64,000 nt of DNA from Auanema rhodensis (GCA_964057225.1 OZ059898.1:17174001-17238000); one strand, 5' to 3'; positions 1 through 13,800 are shown, counted from the stretch's first letter. Numbers and translations: made by a program. The notes: generated by a model not told the origin, from the sequence alone.

Positions 1-45
1 CTGAAATTTTTCGAAAAAATTTTTGTCAAAATGTTTTTGGAAGCA

Positions 46-73
46 ATGTTGAGTGTACATGGAAACTCAACAT
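46..73. other. Perfect 9-bp inverted repeat with 10-nt loop (potential hairpin/cruciform), recurring in most monomers
   Basis: ATGTTGAGT (46-54), loop GTACATGGAA, ACTCAACAT (65-73). It is shortened in copies carrying G48>T. Confidence 0.85.
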
Positions 74-97
74 ACACTAATGCATCATTTTTCAAAC

Positions 98-223
98 GAT
101 CATAACTAATTTTTGTATTAAGCGTTTCTCAATGTAGTATAGTGCATTCGATGCGGATTTTTAAACTGCGTCGATCTGTGTTATCAGATTTGCGCTAGCT
201 TAAAAATGCACCGAGATATGAAC
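98..223. other. Concentric spaced inverted-repeat module present in every monomer (coordinates for monomer 1)
   Basis: Outer arms are GATCATAACT (98-107) and AGATATGAAC (214-223), 8/10 complementary, centre 160.5. Inner arms are TCGATGC (148-154) and GCGTCGA (168-174), 6/7 complementary, with a 13-bp spacer and centre 161. Confidence 0.6.
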
Positions 224-224
224 T

Positions 225-246
225 GATATAAGTTCACACTTATATC
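225..246. other. Perfect 9-bp inverted repeat with 4-nt loop (potential hairpin/cruciform), recurring in most monomers
   Basis: GATATAAGT (225-233), loop TCAC, ACTTATATC (238-246). Confidence 0.85.
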
Positions 247-3200
247 CTCGATTTTCACCCTGAAGAATTATTTTTTTCGTTGAATAACATTGTCCATCGT
301 CTTTGCCTTGAAAAAAGGAATCTAAAGACATCTACTTTTTGCTAAATTATTCTGAAATTTTTCGAAAAAATTTTTGTCAAAATGTTTTTGGAAGCAATGT
401 TGAGTGTACATGGAAACTCAACATACACTAATGCATCATTTTTCAAACGATCATAACTAATTTTTGTATTAAGCGTTTCTCAATGTAGTATAGTGCATTC
501 GATGCGGATTTTTAAACTGCGTCGATCTGTGTTATCAAATTTGCGCTAGCTTAAAAATGCACCGAGATATCAACTGGTATAAGTTCACACTTATATCCTC
601 GATTTTCACCCTGAAGAAATGATTTTTTCGTTGAATAACATTGTCCATCGTCTTTGCCTTGAAAAAAGGAATCTAAAAACATCTACTTTTTGCTAAATTA
701 TTCTGAAATTTTTCGAAAAAATTTTTGTCAAAATGTTTTTGGAAGCAATGTTGAGTGTACATGGAAACTCAACATACACTAATGCATCATTTTTCAAACG
801 ATCATAACTAATTTTTGTATTAAGCGTTTCTCAATGTAGTATAGTGCATTCGATGCGGATTTTTAAACTGCGTCGATCTGTGTTATCAAATTTGCGCTAG
901 CTTAAAAATGCACCGAGATATCAACTGGTATAAGTTCACACTTATATCCTCGATTTTCACCCTGAAGAAATGATTTTTTCGTTGAATAACATTGTCCATC
1001 GTCTTTGCCTTGAAAAAAGGAATCTAAAAACATCTACTTTTTGCTAAATTATTCTGAAATTTTTCGAAAAAATTTTTGTCAAAATGTTTTTGGAAGCAAT
1101 GTTGAGTGTACATGGAAACTCAACATACACTAATGCATCATTTTTCAAACGATCATAACTAATTTTTGTATTAAGCGTTTCTCAATGTAGTATAGTGCTT
1201 TTGATGCGGATTTTTAAGCTGCGTCGATCTGTGTTATCAGATTTGCGCTAGCTTAAAAATGCACCGAGATATCAACTGATATAAGTTCACACTTATATCC
1301 TCGATTTTCACCCTGAAGAAATAATTTTTTCGTTGAATAACATTGTCCATCGTCTTTGCCTTGAAAAAAGGAATCTAAAAACATCTACTTTTTGCTAAAT
1401 TATTCTGAAATTTTTCGAAAAAATTTTTGTCAAAATGTTTTTGGAAGCAATTTTGAGTGTACATGGAAACTCAACATACACTAATGCATCATTTTTCAAA
1501 CGATCATAACTAATTTTTGTATTAAGCGTTTCTCAATGTAGTATAGTGCATTTGATGCGGATTTTTAAGCTGCGTCGATCTGTGTTATCAAATTTGCGCT
1601 AGCTTAAAAATGCACCGAGATATCAACTGGTATAAGTTCACACTTATATCCTCGATTTTCACCCTGAAGAAATAATTTTTTCGTTGAATAACATTGTCCA
1701 TCGTCTTTGCCTTGAAAAAAGGAATCTAAAGACATCTACTTTTTGCTAAATTATTCTGAAATTTTTCGAAAAAATTTTTGTCAAAATGTTTTTGGAAGCA
1801 ATGTTGAGTGTACATGGAAACTCAACATACACTAATGCATCATTTTTCAAACGATCATAACTAATTTTTGTATTAAGCGTTTCTCAATGTAGTATAGTGC
1901 ATTCGATGCGGATTTTTAAACTGCGTCGATCTGTGTTATCAAATTTGCGCTAGCTTAAAAATGCACCGAGATATCAACTGGTATAAGTTCACACTTATAT
2001 CCTCGATTTTCACCCTGAAGAAATAATTTTTTCGTTGAATAACATTGTCCATCGTCTTTGCCTTGAAAAAAGGAATCTAAAAACATCTACTTTTTGCTAA
2101 ATTATTCTGAAATTTTTCGAAAAAATTTTTGTCAAAATGTTTTTGGAAGCAATGTTGAGTGTACATGGAAACTCAACATACACTAATGCATCATTTTTCA
2201 AACGATCATAACTAATTTTTGTATTAAGCGTTTCTCAATGTAGTATAGTGCTTTTGATGCGGATTTTTAAGCTGCGTCGATCTGTGTTATCAGATTTGCG
2301 CTAGCTTAAAAATGCACCGAGATATCAACTGATATAAGTTCACACTTATATCCTCGATTTTCACCCTGAAGAAATAATTTTTTCGTTGAATAACATTGTC
2401 CATCGTCTTTGCCTTGAAAAAAGGAATCTAAAAACATCTACTTTTTGCTAAATTATTCTGAAATTTTTCGAAAAAATTTTTGTCAAAATGTTTTTGGAAG
2501 CAATTTTGAGTGTACATGGAAACTCAACATACACTAATGCATCATTTTTCAAACGATCATAACTAATTTTTGTATTAAGCGTTTCTCAATGTAGTATAGT
2601 GCATTTGATGCGGATTTTTAAGCTGCGTCGATCTGTGTTATCAAATTTGCGCTAGCTTAAAAATGCACCGAGATATCAACTGGTATAAGTTCACACTTAT
2701 ATCCTCGATTTTCACCCTGAAGAAATAATTTTTTCGTTGAATAACATTGTCCATCGTCTTTGCCTTGAAAAAAGGAATCTGAAAACATCTACTTTTTGCT
2801 AAATTATTCTGAAATTTTTCGAAAAAATTTTTGTCAAAATGTTTTTGGAAGCAATTTTGAGTGTACATGGAAACTCAACATACACTAATGCATCATTTTT
2901 CAAACGATCATAACTAATTTTTGTATTAAGCGTTTCTCAATGTAGTATAGTGCATTCGATGCGGATTTTCAAGCTGCGTCGATCTGTGTTATCAAATTTG
3001 CGCTAGCTTAAAAATGCACCGAGATATCAACTGGTATAAGTTCACACTTATATCCTCGATTTTCACCCTGAAGAAATAATTTTTTCGTTGAATAACATTG
3101 TCCATCGTCTTTGCCTTGAAAAAAGGAATCTAAAAACATCTACTTTTTGCTAAATTATTTTGAAGTTTTTCGAAAAAATTTTTGTCAAAATGTTTTTGGA

Positions 3201-6200
3201 AGCAATGTTGAGTGTACATGGAAACTCAACATACACTAATGCATCATTTTTCAAACGATCATAACTAATTTTTGTATTAAGCGTTTCTCAATGTAGTATA
3301 GTGCATTCGATGCGGATTTTCAAGCTGCGTCGATCTGTGTTATCAGATTTGCGCTAGCTTAAAAATGCACCGAGATATCAACTGATATAAGTTCACACTT
3401 ATATCCTCGATTTTCACCCTGAAGAATTATTTTTTTCGTTGAATAACATTGTCCATCGTCTTTGCCTTGAAAAAAGGAATCTAAAAACATCTACTTTTTG
3501 CTAAATTATTCTGAAATTTTTCGAAAAAATTTTTGTCAAAATGTTTTTGGAAGCAATTTTGAGTGTACATGGAAACTCAACATACACTAATGCATCATTT
3601 TTCAAACGATCATAACTAATTTTTGTATTAAGCGTTTCTCAATGTAGTATAGTGCATTTGATGCGGATTTTTAAGCTGCGTCGATCTGTGTTATCAAATT
3701 TGCGCTAGCTTAAAAATGCACCGAGATATCAACTGGTATAAGTTCACACTTATATCCTCGATTTTCACCCTGAAGAATTATTTTTTTCGTTGAATAACAT
3801 TGTCCATCGTCTTTGCCTTGAAAAAAGGAATCTAAAAACATCTACTTTTTGCTAAATTATTCTGAAATTTTTCGAAAAAATTTTTGTCAAAATGTTTTTG
3901 GAAGCAATTTTGAGTGTACATGGAAACTCAACATACACTAATGCATCATTTTTCAAACGATCATAACTAATTTTTGTATTAAGCGTTTCTCAATGTAGTA
4001 TAGTGCATTTGATGCGGATTTTTAAGCTGCGTCGATCTGTGTTATCACATTTGCGCTAGCTTAAAAATGCACCGAGATATGAACTGGTATAAGTTCACAC
4101 TTATATCCTCGATTTTCACCCTGAAGAATTATTTTTTTCGTTGAATAACATTGTCCATCGTCTTTGCCTTGAAAAAAGGAATCTAAAAACATCTACTTTT
4201 TGCTAAATTATTCTGAAATTTTTCGAAAAAATTTTTGTCAAAATGTTTTTGGAAGCAATGTTGAGTGTACATGGAAACTCAACATACACTAATGCATCAT
4301 TTTTCAAACGATCATAACTAATTTTTGTATTAAGCGTTTCTCAATGTAGTATAGTGCATTCGATGCGGATTTTTAAACTGCGTCGATCTGTGTTATCAGA
4401 TTTGCGCTAGCTTAAAAATGCACCGAGATATGAACTGATATAAGTTCACACTTATATCCTCGATTTTCACCCTGAAGAATTATTTTTTTCGTTGAATAAC
4501 ATTGTCCATCGTCTTTGCCTTGAAAAAAGGAATCTAAAAACATCTACTTTTCGCTAAATTATTCTGAAATTTTTCGAAAAAATTTTTGTCAAAATGTTTT
4601 TGGAAGCAATGTTGAGTGTACATGGAAACTCAACATACACTAATGCATCATTTTTCAAACGATCATAACTAATTTTTGTATTAAGCGTTTCTCAATGTAG
4701 TATAGTGCATTCGATGCGGATTTTTAAACTGCGTCGATCTGTGTTATCAGATTTGCGCTAGCTTAAAAATGCACCGAGATATGAACTGATATAAGTTCAC
4801 ACTTATATCCTCGATTTTCACCCTGAAGAATTATTTTTTTCGTTGAATAACATTGTCCATCGTCTTTGCCTTGAAAAAAGGAATCTAAAGACATCTACTT
4901 TTTGCTAAATTATTCTGAAATTTTTCGAAAAAATTTTTGTCAAAATGTTTTTGGAAGCAATGTTGAGTGTACATGGAAACTCAACATACACTAATGCATC
5001 ATTTTTCAAACGATCATAACTAATTTTTGTATTAAGCGTTTCTCAATGTAGTATAGTGCATTCGATGCGGATTTTTAAACTGCGTCGATCTGTGTTATCA
5101 AATTTGCGCTAGCTTAAAAATGCACCGAGATATCAACTGGTATAAGTTCACACTTATATCCTCGATTTTCACCCTGAAGAAATGATTTTTTCGTTGAATA
5201 ACATTGTCCATCGTCTTTGCCTTGAAAAAAGGAATCTAAAAACATCTACTTTTTGCTAAATTATTCTGAAATTTTTCGAAAAAATTTTTGTCAAAATGTT
5301 TTTGGAAGCAATGTTGAGTGTACATGGAAACTCAACATACACTAATGCATCATTTTTCAAACGATCATAACTAATTTTTGTATTAAGCGTTTCTCAATGT
5401 AGTATAGTGCATTCGATGCGGATTTTTAAACTGCGTCGATCTGTGTTATCAAATTTGCGCTAGCTTAAAAATGCACCGAGATATCAACTGGTATAAGTTC
5501 ACACTTATATCCTCGATTTTCACCCTGAAGAAATGATTTTTTCGTTGAATAACATTGTCCATCGTCTTTGCCTTGAAAAAAGGAATCTAAAAACATCTAC
5601 TTTTTGCTAAATTATTCTGAAATTTTTCGAAAAAATTTTTGTCAAAATGTTTTTGGAAGCAATGTTGAGTGTACATGGAAACTCAACATACACTAATGCA
5701 TCATTTTTCAAACGATCATAACTAATTTTTGTATTAAGCGTTTCTCAATGTAGTATAGTGCATTCGATGCGGATTTTTAAACTGCGTCGATCTGTGTTAT
5801 CAAATTTGCGCTAGCTTAAAAATGCACCGAGATATCAACTGGTATAAGTTCACACTTATATCCTCGATTTTCACCCTGAAGAAATGATTTTTTCGTTGAA
5901 TAACATTGTCCATCGTCTTTGCCTTGAAAAAAGGAATCTAAAAACATCTACTTTTTGCTAAATTATTCTGAAATTTTTCGAAAAAATTTTTGTCAAAATG
6001 TTTTTGGAAGCAATGTTGAGTGTACATGGAAACTCAACATACACTAATGCATCATTTTTCAAACGATCATAACTAATTTTTGTATTAAGCGTTTCTCAAT
6101 GTAGTATAGTGCTTTTGATGCGGATTTTTAAGCTGCGTCGATCTGTGTTATCAGATTTGCGCTAGCTTAAAAATGCACCGAGATATTAACTGATATAAGT

Positions 6201-7371
6201 TCACACTTATATCCTCGATTTTCACCCTGAAGAAATAATTTTTTCGTTGAATAACATTGTCCATCGTCTTTGCCTTGAAAAAAGGAATCTAAAAACATCT
6301 ACTTTTTGCTAAATTATTCTGAAATTTTTCGAAAAAATTTTTGTCAAAATGTTTTTGGAAGCAATTTTGAGTGTACATGGAAACTCAACATACACTAATG
6401 CATCATTTTTCAAACGATCATAACTAATTTTTGTATTAAGCGTTTCTCAATGTAGTATAGTGCATTTGATGCGGATTTTTAAGCTGCGTCGATCTGTGTT
6501 ATCAAATTTGCGCTAGCTTAAAAATGCACCGAGATATCAACTGGTATAAGTTCACACTTATATCCTCGATTTTCACCCTGAAGAAATAATTTTTTCGTTG
6601 AATAACATTGTCCATCGTCTTTGCCTTGAAAAAAGGAATCTAAAAACATCTACTTTTTGCTAAATTATTCTGAAATTTTTCGAAAAAATTTTTGTCAAAA
6701 TGTTTTTGGAAGCAATTTTGAGTGTACATGGAAACTCAACATACACTAATGCATCATTTTTCAAACGATCATAACTAATTTTTGTATTAAGCGTTTCTCA
6801 ATGTAGTATAGTGCATTTGATGCGGATTTTTAAGCTGCGTCGATCTGTGTTATCAAATTTGCGCTAGCTTAAAAATGCACCGAGATATCAACTGGTATAA
6901 GTTCACACTTATATCCTCGATTTTCACCCTGAAGAAATAATTTTTTCGTTGAATAACATTGTCCATCGTCTTTGCCTTGAAAAAAGGAATCTAAAAACAT
7001 CTACTTTTTGCTAAATTATTTTGAAGTTTTTCGAAAAAATTTTTGTCAAAATGTTTTTGGAAGCAATGTTGAGTGTACATGGAAACTCAACATACACTAA
7101 TGCATCATTTTTCAAACGATCATAACTAATTTTTGTATTAAGCGTTTCTCAATGTAGTATAGTGCATTCGATGCGGATTTTCAAGCTGCGTCGATCTGTG
7201 TTATCAGATTTGCGCTAGCTTAAAAATGCACCGAGATATCAACTGATATAAGTTCACACTTATATCCTCGATTTTCACCCTGAAGAAATAATTTTTTCGT
7301 TGAATAACATTGTCCATCGTCTTTGCCTTGAAAAAAGGAATCTAAAAACATCTACTTTTTGCTAAATTATT

Positions 7372-10300
7372 TTGAAGTTTTTCGAAAAAATTTTTGTCAA
7401 AATGTTTTTGGAAGCAATGTTGAGTGTACATGGAAACTCAACATACACTAATGCATCATTTTTCAAACGATCATAACAAATTTTTGTATTAAGCGTTTCT
7501 CAATGTAGTATAGTGCATTCGATGCGGATTTTTAAACTGCGTCGATCTGTGTTATCAGATTTGCGCTAGCTTAAAAATGCACCGAGATATCAACTGATAT
7601 AAGTTCACACTTATATCCTCGATTTTCACCCTGAAGAAATAATTTTTTCGTTGAATAACATTGTCCATCGTCTTTGCCTTGAAAAAAGGAATCTAAAAAC
7701 ATCTACTTTTTGCTAAATTATTCTGAAATTTTTCGAAAAAATTTTTGTCAAAATGTTTTGGAAGCAATGTTGAGTGTACATGGAAACTCAACATACACTA
7801 ATGCATCATTTTTCAAACGATCATAACAAATTTTTGTATTAAGCGTTTCTCAATGTAGTATAGTGCATTCGATGCGGATTTTTAAACTGCGTCGATCTGT
7901 GTTATCAGATTTGCGCTAGCTTAAAAATGCACCGAGATATGAACTGATATAAGTTCACACTTATATCCTCGATTTTCACCCTGAAGAATTCATTTTTTCG
8001 TTGAATAACATTGTCCATCGTCTTTGCCTTGAAAAAAGGAATCTAAAAACATCTACTTTTTGCTAAATTATTCTGAAATTTTTCGAAAAAATTTTTGTCA
8101 AAATGTTTTTGGAAGCAATGTTGAGTGTACATGGAAACTCAACATACACTAATGCATCATTTTTCAAACGATCATAACTAATTTTTGTATTAAGCGTTTC
8201 TCAATGTAGTATAGTGCATTCGATGCCGATTTTTAAACTGCGTCGATCTGTGTTATCAGATTTGCGCTAGCTTAAAAATGCACCGAGATATCAACTGATA
8301 TAAGTTCACACTTATATCCTCGATTTTCACCCTGAAGAATTATTTTTTTCGTTGAATAACATTGTCCATCGTCTTTGCCTTGAAAAAAGGAATCTAAAAA
8401 CATCTACTTTTTGCTAAATTATTCTGAAATTTTTCGAAAAAATTTTTGTCAAAATGTTTTTGGAAGCAATTTTGAGTGTACATGGAAACTCAACATACAC
8501 TAATGCATCATTTTTCAAACGATCATAACTAATTTTTGTATTAAGCGTTTCTCAATGTAGTATAGTGCATTTGATGCGGATTTTTAAGCTGCGTCGATCT
8601 GTGTTATCAAATTTGCGCTAGCTTAAAAATGCACCGAGATATCAACTGGTATAAGTTCACACTTATATCCTCGATTTTCACCCTGAAGAATTATTTTTTT
8701 CGTTGAATAACATTGTCCATCGTCTTTGCCTTGAAAAAAGGAATCTAAAAACATCTACTTTTTGCTAAATTATTCTGAAATTTTTCGAAAAAATTTTTGT
8801 CAAAATGTTTTTGGAAGCAATTTTGAGTGTACATGGAAACTCAACATACACTAATGCATCATTTTTCAAACGATCATAACTAATTTTTGTATTAAGCGTT
8901 TCTCAATGTAGTATAGTGCATTCGATGCGGATTTTCAAGCTGCGTCGATCTGTGTTATCAGATTTGCGCTAGCTTAAAAATGCACCGAGATATCAACTGA
9001 TATAAGTTCACACTTATATCCTCGATTTTCACCCTGAAGAAATAATTTTTTCGTTGAATAACATTGTCCATCGTCTTTGCCTTGAAAAAAGGAATCTAAA
9101 AACATCTACTTTTTGCTAAATTATTTTGAAGTTTTTCGAAAAAATTTTTGTCAAAATGTTTTTGGAAGCAATGTTGAGTGTACATGGAAACTCAACATAC
9201 ACTAATGCATCATTTTTCAAACGATCATAACAAATTTTTGTATTAAGCGTTTCTCAATGTAGTATAGTGCATTCGATGCGGATTTTTAAACTGCGTCGAT
9301 CTGTGTTATCAGATTTGCGCTAGCTTAAAAATGCACCGAGATATCAACTGATATAAGTTCACACTTATATCCTCGATTTTCACCCTGAAGAAATAATTTT
9401 TTCGTTGAATAACTTTGTCCATCGTCTTTGCCTTGAAAAAAGGAATCTAAAAACATCTACTTTTTGCTAAATTATTCTGAAATTTTTCGAAAAAATTTTT
9501 GTCAAAATGTTTTTGGAAGCAATGTTGAGTGTACATGGAAACTCAACATACACTAATGCATCATTTTTCAAACGATCATAACAAATTTTTGTATTAAGCG
9601 TTTCTCAATGTAGTATAGTGCATTCGATGCGGATTTTTAAACTGCGTCGATCTGTGTTATCAGATTTGCGCTAGCTTAAAAATGCACCGAGATATGAACT
9701 GATATAAGTTCACACTTATATCCTCGATTTTCACCCTGAAGAATTTATTTTTTCGTTGAATAACATTGTCCATCGTCTTTGCCTTGAAAAAAGGAATCTA
9801 AAAACATCTACTTTTTGCTAAATTATTCTGAAATTTTTCGAAAAAATTTTTGTCAAAATGTTTTTGGAAGCAATGTTGAGTGTACATGGAAACTCAACAT
9901 ACACTAATGCATCATTTTTCAAACGATCATAACTAATTTTTGTATTAAGCGTTTCTCAATGTAGTATAGTGCATTCGATGCCGATTTTTAAACTGCGTCG
10001 ATCTGTGTTATCAGATTTGCGCTAGCTTAAAAATGCACCGAGATATCAACTGATATAAGTTCACACTTATATCCTCGATTTTCACCCTGAAGAATTATTT
10101 TTTTCGTTGAATAACATTGTCCATCGTCTTTGCCTTGAAAAAAGGAATCTAAAAACATCTACTTTTTGCTAAATTATTCTGAAATTTTTCGAAAAAATTT
10201 TTGTCAAAATGTTTTTGGAAGCAATTTTGAGTGTACATGGAAACTCAACATACACTAATGCATCATTTTTCAAACGATCATAACTAATTTTTGTATTAAG

Positions 10301-10529
10301 CGTTTCTCAATGTAGTATAGTGCATTTGATGCGGATTTTTAAGCTGCGTCGATCTGTGTTATCAAATTTGCGCTAGCTTAAAAATGCACCGAGATATCAA
10401 CTGGTATAAGTTCACACTTATATCCTCGATTTTCACCCTGAAGAATTATTTTTTTCGTTGAATAACATTGTCCATCGTCTTTGCCTTGAAAAAAGGAATC
10501 TAAAAACATCTACTTTTTGCTAAATTATT
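7372..10529. repeat. Local 5-monomer duplication (period 1755 bp)
   Basis: The rare GATGCCGAT variant occurs at 8227 and 9982 (difference 1755 = 5x351). The CATAACAAA variant occurs in monomer pairs 22/23 and 27/28. Confidence 0.85.
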
Positions 10530-10880
10530 CTGAAATTTTTCGAAAAAATTTTTGTCAAAATGTTTTTGGAAGCAATTTTGAGTGTACATGGAAACTCAAC
10601 ATACACTAATGCATCATTTTTCAAACGATCATAACTAATTTTTGTATTAAGCGTTTCTCAATGTAGTATAGTGCATTTGATGCGGATTTTTAAGCTGCGT
10701 CGATCTGTGTTATCACATTTGCGCTAGCTTAAAAATGCACCGAGATATGAACTGGTATAAGTTCACACTTATATCCTCGATTTTCACCCTGAAGAATTAT
10801 TTTTTTCGTTGAATAACATTGTCCATCGTCTTTGCCTTGAAAAAAGGAATCTAAAAACATCTACTTTTTGCTAAATTATT

Positions 10881-13800
10881 CTGAAATTTTTCGAAAAAAT
10901 TTTTGTCAAAATGTTTTTGGAAGCAATGTTGAGTGTACATGGAAACTCAACATACACTAATGCATCATTTTTCAAACGATCATAACTAATTTTTGTATTA
11001 AGCGTTTCTCAATGTAGTATAGTGCATTCGATGCGGATTTTTAAACTGCGTCGATCTGTGTTATCAGATTTGCGCTAGCTTAAAAATGCACCGAGATATG
11101 AACTGATATAAGTTCACACTTATATCCTCGATTTTCACCCTGAAGAATTATTTTTTTCGTTGAATAACATTGTCCATCGTCTTTGCCTTGAAAAAAGGAA
11201 TCTAAAGACATCTACTTTTTGCTAAATTATTCTGAAATTTTTCGAAAAAATTTTTGTCAAAATGTTTTTGGAAGCAATGTTGAGTGTACATGGAAACTCA
11301 ACATACACTAATGCATCATTTTTCAAACGATCATAACTAATTTTTGTATTAAGCGTTTCTCAATGTAGTATAGTGCATTCGATGCGGATTTTTAAACTGC
11401 GTCGATCTGTGTTATCAAATTTGCGCTAGCTTAAAAATGCACCGAGATATCAACTGGTATAAGTTCACACTTATATCCTCGATTTTCACCCTGAAGAAAT
11501 GATTTTTTCGTTGAATAACATTGTCCATCGTCTTTGCCTTAAAAAAAGGAATCTAAAAACATCTACTTTTTGCTAAATTATTCTGAAATTTTTCGAAAAA
11601 ATTTTTGTCAAAATGTTTTTGGAAGCAATGTTGAGTGTACATGGAAACTCAACATACACTAATGCATCATTTTTCAAACGATCATAACTAATTTTTGTAT
11701 TAAGCGTTTCTCAATGTAGTATAGTGCTTTTGATGCGGATTTTTAAGCTGCGTCGATCTGTGTTATCAGATTTGCGCTAGCTTAAAAATGCACCGAGATA
11801 TGAACTGATATAAGTTCACACTTATATCCTCGATTTTCACCCTGAAGAATTATTTTTTTCGTTGAATAACATTGTCCATCGTCTTTGCCTTGAAAAAAGG
11901 AATCTAAAGACATCTACTTTTTACTAAATTATTCTGAAATTTTTCGAAAAAATTTTTGTCAAAATGTTTTTGGAAGCAATGTTGAGTGTACATGGAAACT
12001 CAACATACACTAATGCATCATTTTTCAAACGATCATAACTAATTTTTGTATTAAGCGTTTCTCAATGTAGTATAGTGCATTCGATGCGGATTTTTAAACT
12101 GCGTCGATCTGTGTTATCAAATTTGCGCTAGCTTAAAAATGCACCGAGATATCAACTGGTATAAGTTCACACTTATATCCTCGATTTTCACCCTGAAGAA
12201 ATGATTTTTTCGTTGAATAACATTGTCCATCGTCTTTGCCTTGAAAAAAGGAATCTAAAAACATCTACTTTTTGCTAAATTATTCTGAAATTTTTCGAAA
12301 AAATTTTTGTCAAAATGTTTTTGGAAGCAATGTTGAGTGTACATGGAAACTCAACATACACTAATGCATCATTTTTCAAACGATCATAACTAATTTTTGT
12401 ATTAAGCGTTTCTCAATGTAGTATAGTGCTTTTGATGCGGATTTTTAAGCTGCGTCGATCTGTGTTATCAGATTTGCGCTAGCTTAAAAATGCACCGAGA
12501 TATGAACTGATATAAGTTCACACTTATATCCTCGATTTTCACCCTGAAGAATTATTTTTTTCGTTGAATAACATTGTCCATCGTCTTTGCCTTAAAAAAG
12601 GAATCTAAAAACATCTACTTTTTGCTAAATTATTCTGAAATTTTTCGAAAAAATTTTTGTCAAAATGTTTTTGGAAGCAATGTTGAGTGTACATGGAAAC
12701 TCAACATACACTAATGCATCATTTTTCAAACGATCATAACTAATTTTTGTATTAAGCGTTTCTCAATGTAGTATAGTGCATTCGATGCGGATTTTTAAAC
12801 TGCGTCGATCTGTGTTATCACATTTGCGCTAGCTTAAAAATGCACCGAGATATGAACTGATATAAGTTCACACTTATATCCTCGATTTTCACCCTGAAGA
12901 AATAATTTTTTCGTTGAATAACATTGTCCATCGTCTTTGCCTTGAAAAAAGGAATCTAAAAACATCTACTTTTTGCTAAATTATTCTGAAATTTTTCGAA
13001 AAAATTTTTGTCAAAATGTTTTTGGAAGCAATTTTGAGTGTACATGGAAACTCAACATACACTAATGCATCATTTTTCAAACGATCATAACTAATTTTTG
13101 TATTAAGCGTTTCTCAATGTAGTATAGTGCATTCGATGCGGATTTTTAAACTGCGTCGATCTGTGTTATCAGATTTGCGCTAGCTTAAAAATGCACCGAG
13201 ATATGAACTGATATAAGTTCACACTTATATCCTCGATTTTCACCCTGAAGAATTATTTTTTTCGTTGAATAACATTGTCCATCGTCTTTGCCTTGAAAAA
13301 AGGAATCTAAAGACATCTACTTTTTGCTAAATTATTCTGAAATTTTTCGAAAAAATTTTTGTCAAAATGTTTTTGGAAGCAATGTTGAGTGTACATGGAA
13401 ACTCAACATACACTAATGCATCATTTTTCAAACGATCATAACTAATTTTTGTATTAAGCGTTTCTCAATGTAGTATAGTGCATTCGATGCGGATTTTTAA
13501 ACTGCGTCGATCTGTGTTATCAAATTTGCGCTAGCTTAAAAATGCACCGAGATATCAACTGGTATAAGTTCACACTTATATCCTCGATTTTCACCCTGAA
13601 GAAATGATTTTTTCGTTGAATAACATTGTCCATCGTCTTTGCCTTGAAAAAAGGAATCTAAAAACATCTACTTTTTGCTAAATTATTCTGAAATTTTTCG
13701 AAAAAATTTTTGTCAAAATGTTTTTGGAAGCAATGTTGAGTGTACATGGAAACTCAACATACACTAATGCATCATTTTTCAAACGATCATAACTAATTTT

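Larger units (their letters stand above)
1..351. repeat. Reference monomer (arbitrary phase), 351 bp, ~32% GC, rich in A/T tracts
   Basis: Hand count gives 57 C, 54 G and 12 CpG. Palindromic sites are TTCGAA (10-15), TGTACA (54-59), ATGCAT (80-85) and GCTAGC (194-199). GATATC at 215-220 is polymorphic (GATATG in this copy). Confidence 0.97.

Noticed and set aside
275-291. CENP-B-box-like TTTCGTTGAATAACATT
   Set aside because: It matches the TTCG and central A of NTTCGNNNNANNCGGGN but lacks the essential CGGG (5 of 9 critical bases).
1-351. Tandem 5S rRNA, tRNA, snRNA or spliced-leader gene unit
   Set aside because: I found no recognisable RNA gene sequence or Pol III A/B/C boxes. Frequent T-runs on both strands would terminate Pol III. 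An Rfam/Infernal scan would be the definitive check.
1-351. Monomer as an ancient dimer of ~175 bp
   Set aside because: Only a short AT-rich match (TCAAAATGT at 26 vs TAAAAATGC at 201) is visible, which is not convincing without an alignment test.
1-351. Assignment to a named ~350-360 bp insect satellite family (e.g. Drosophila 1.688 or Tribolium satellites)
   Set aside because: Only length and AT-richness are similar. I do not recognise sequence identity and cannot run a database search.
2641-2868. 75-aa minus-strand ORF
   Set aside because: It exists only because TCTAAA>TCTGAA (2781) turns a minus-strand TAG into CAG in one monomer. The F/K/N-rich translation is typical of AT-rich repeat and has no recognisable domain.
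7723-8072. Single 1-bp T-run deletion (AAATGTTTTGG) in monomer 23
   Set aside because: It is absent from the duplicate monomer at 9477, so it cannot be distinguished from a homopolymer sequencing error.
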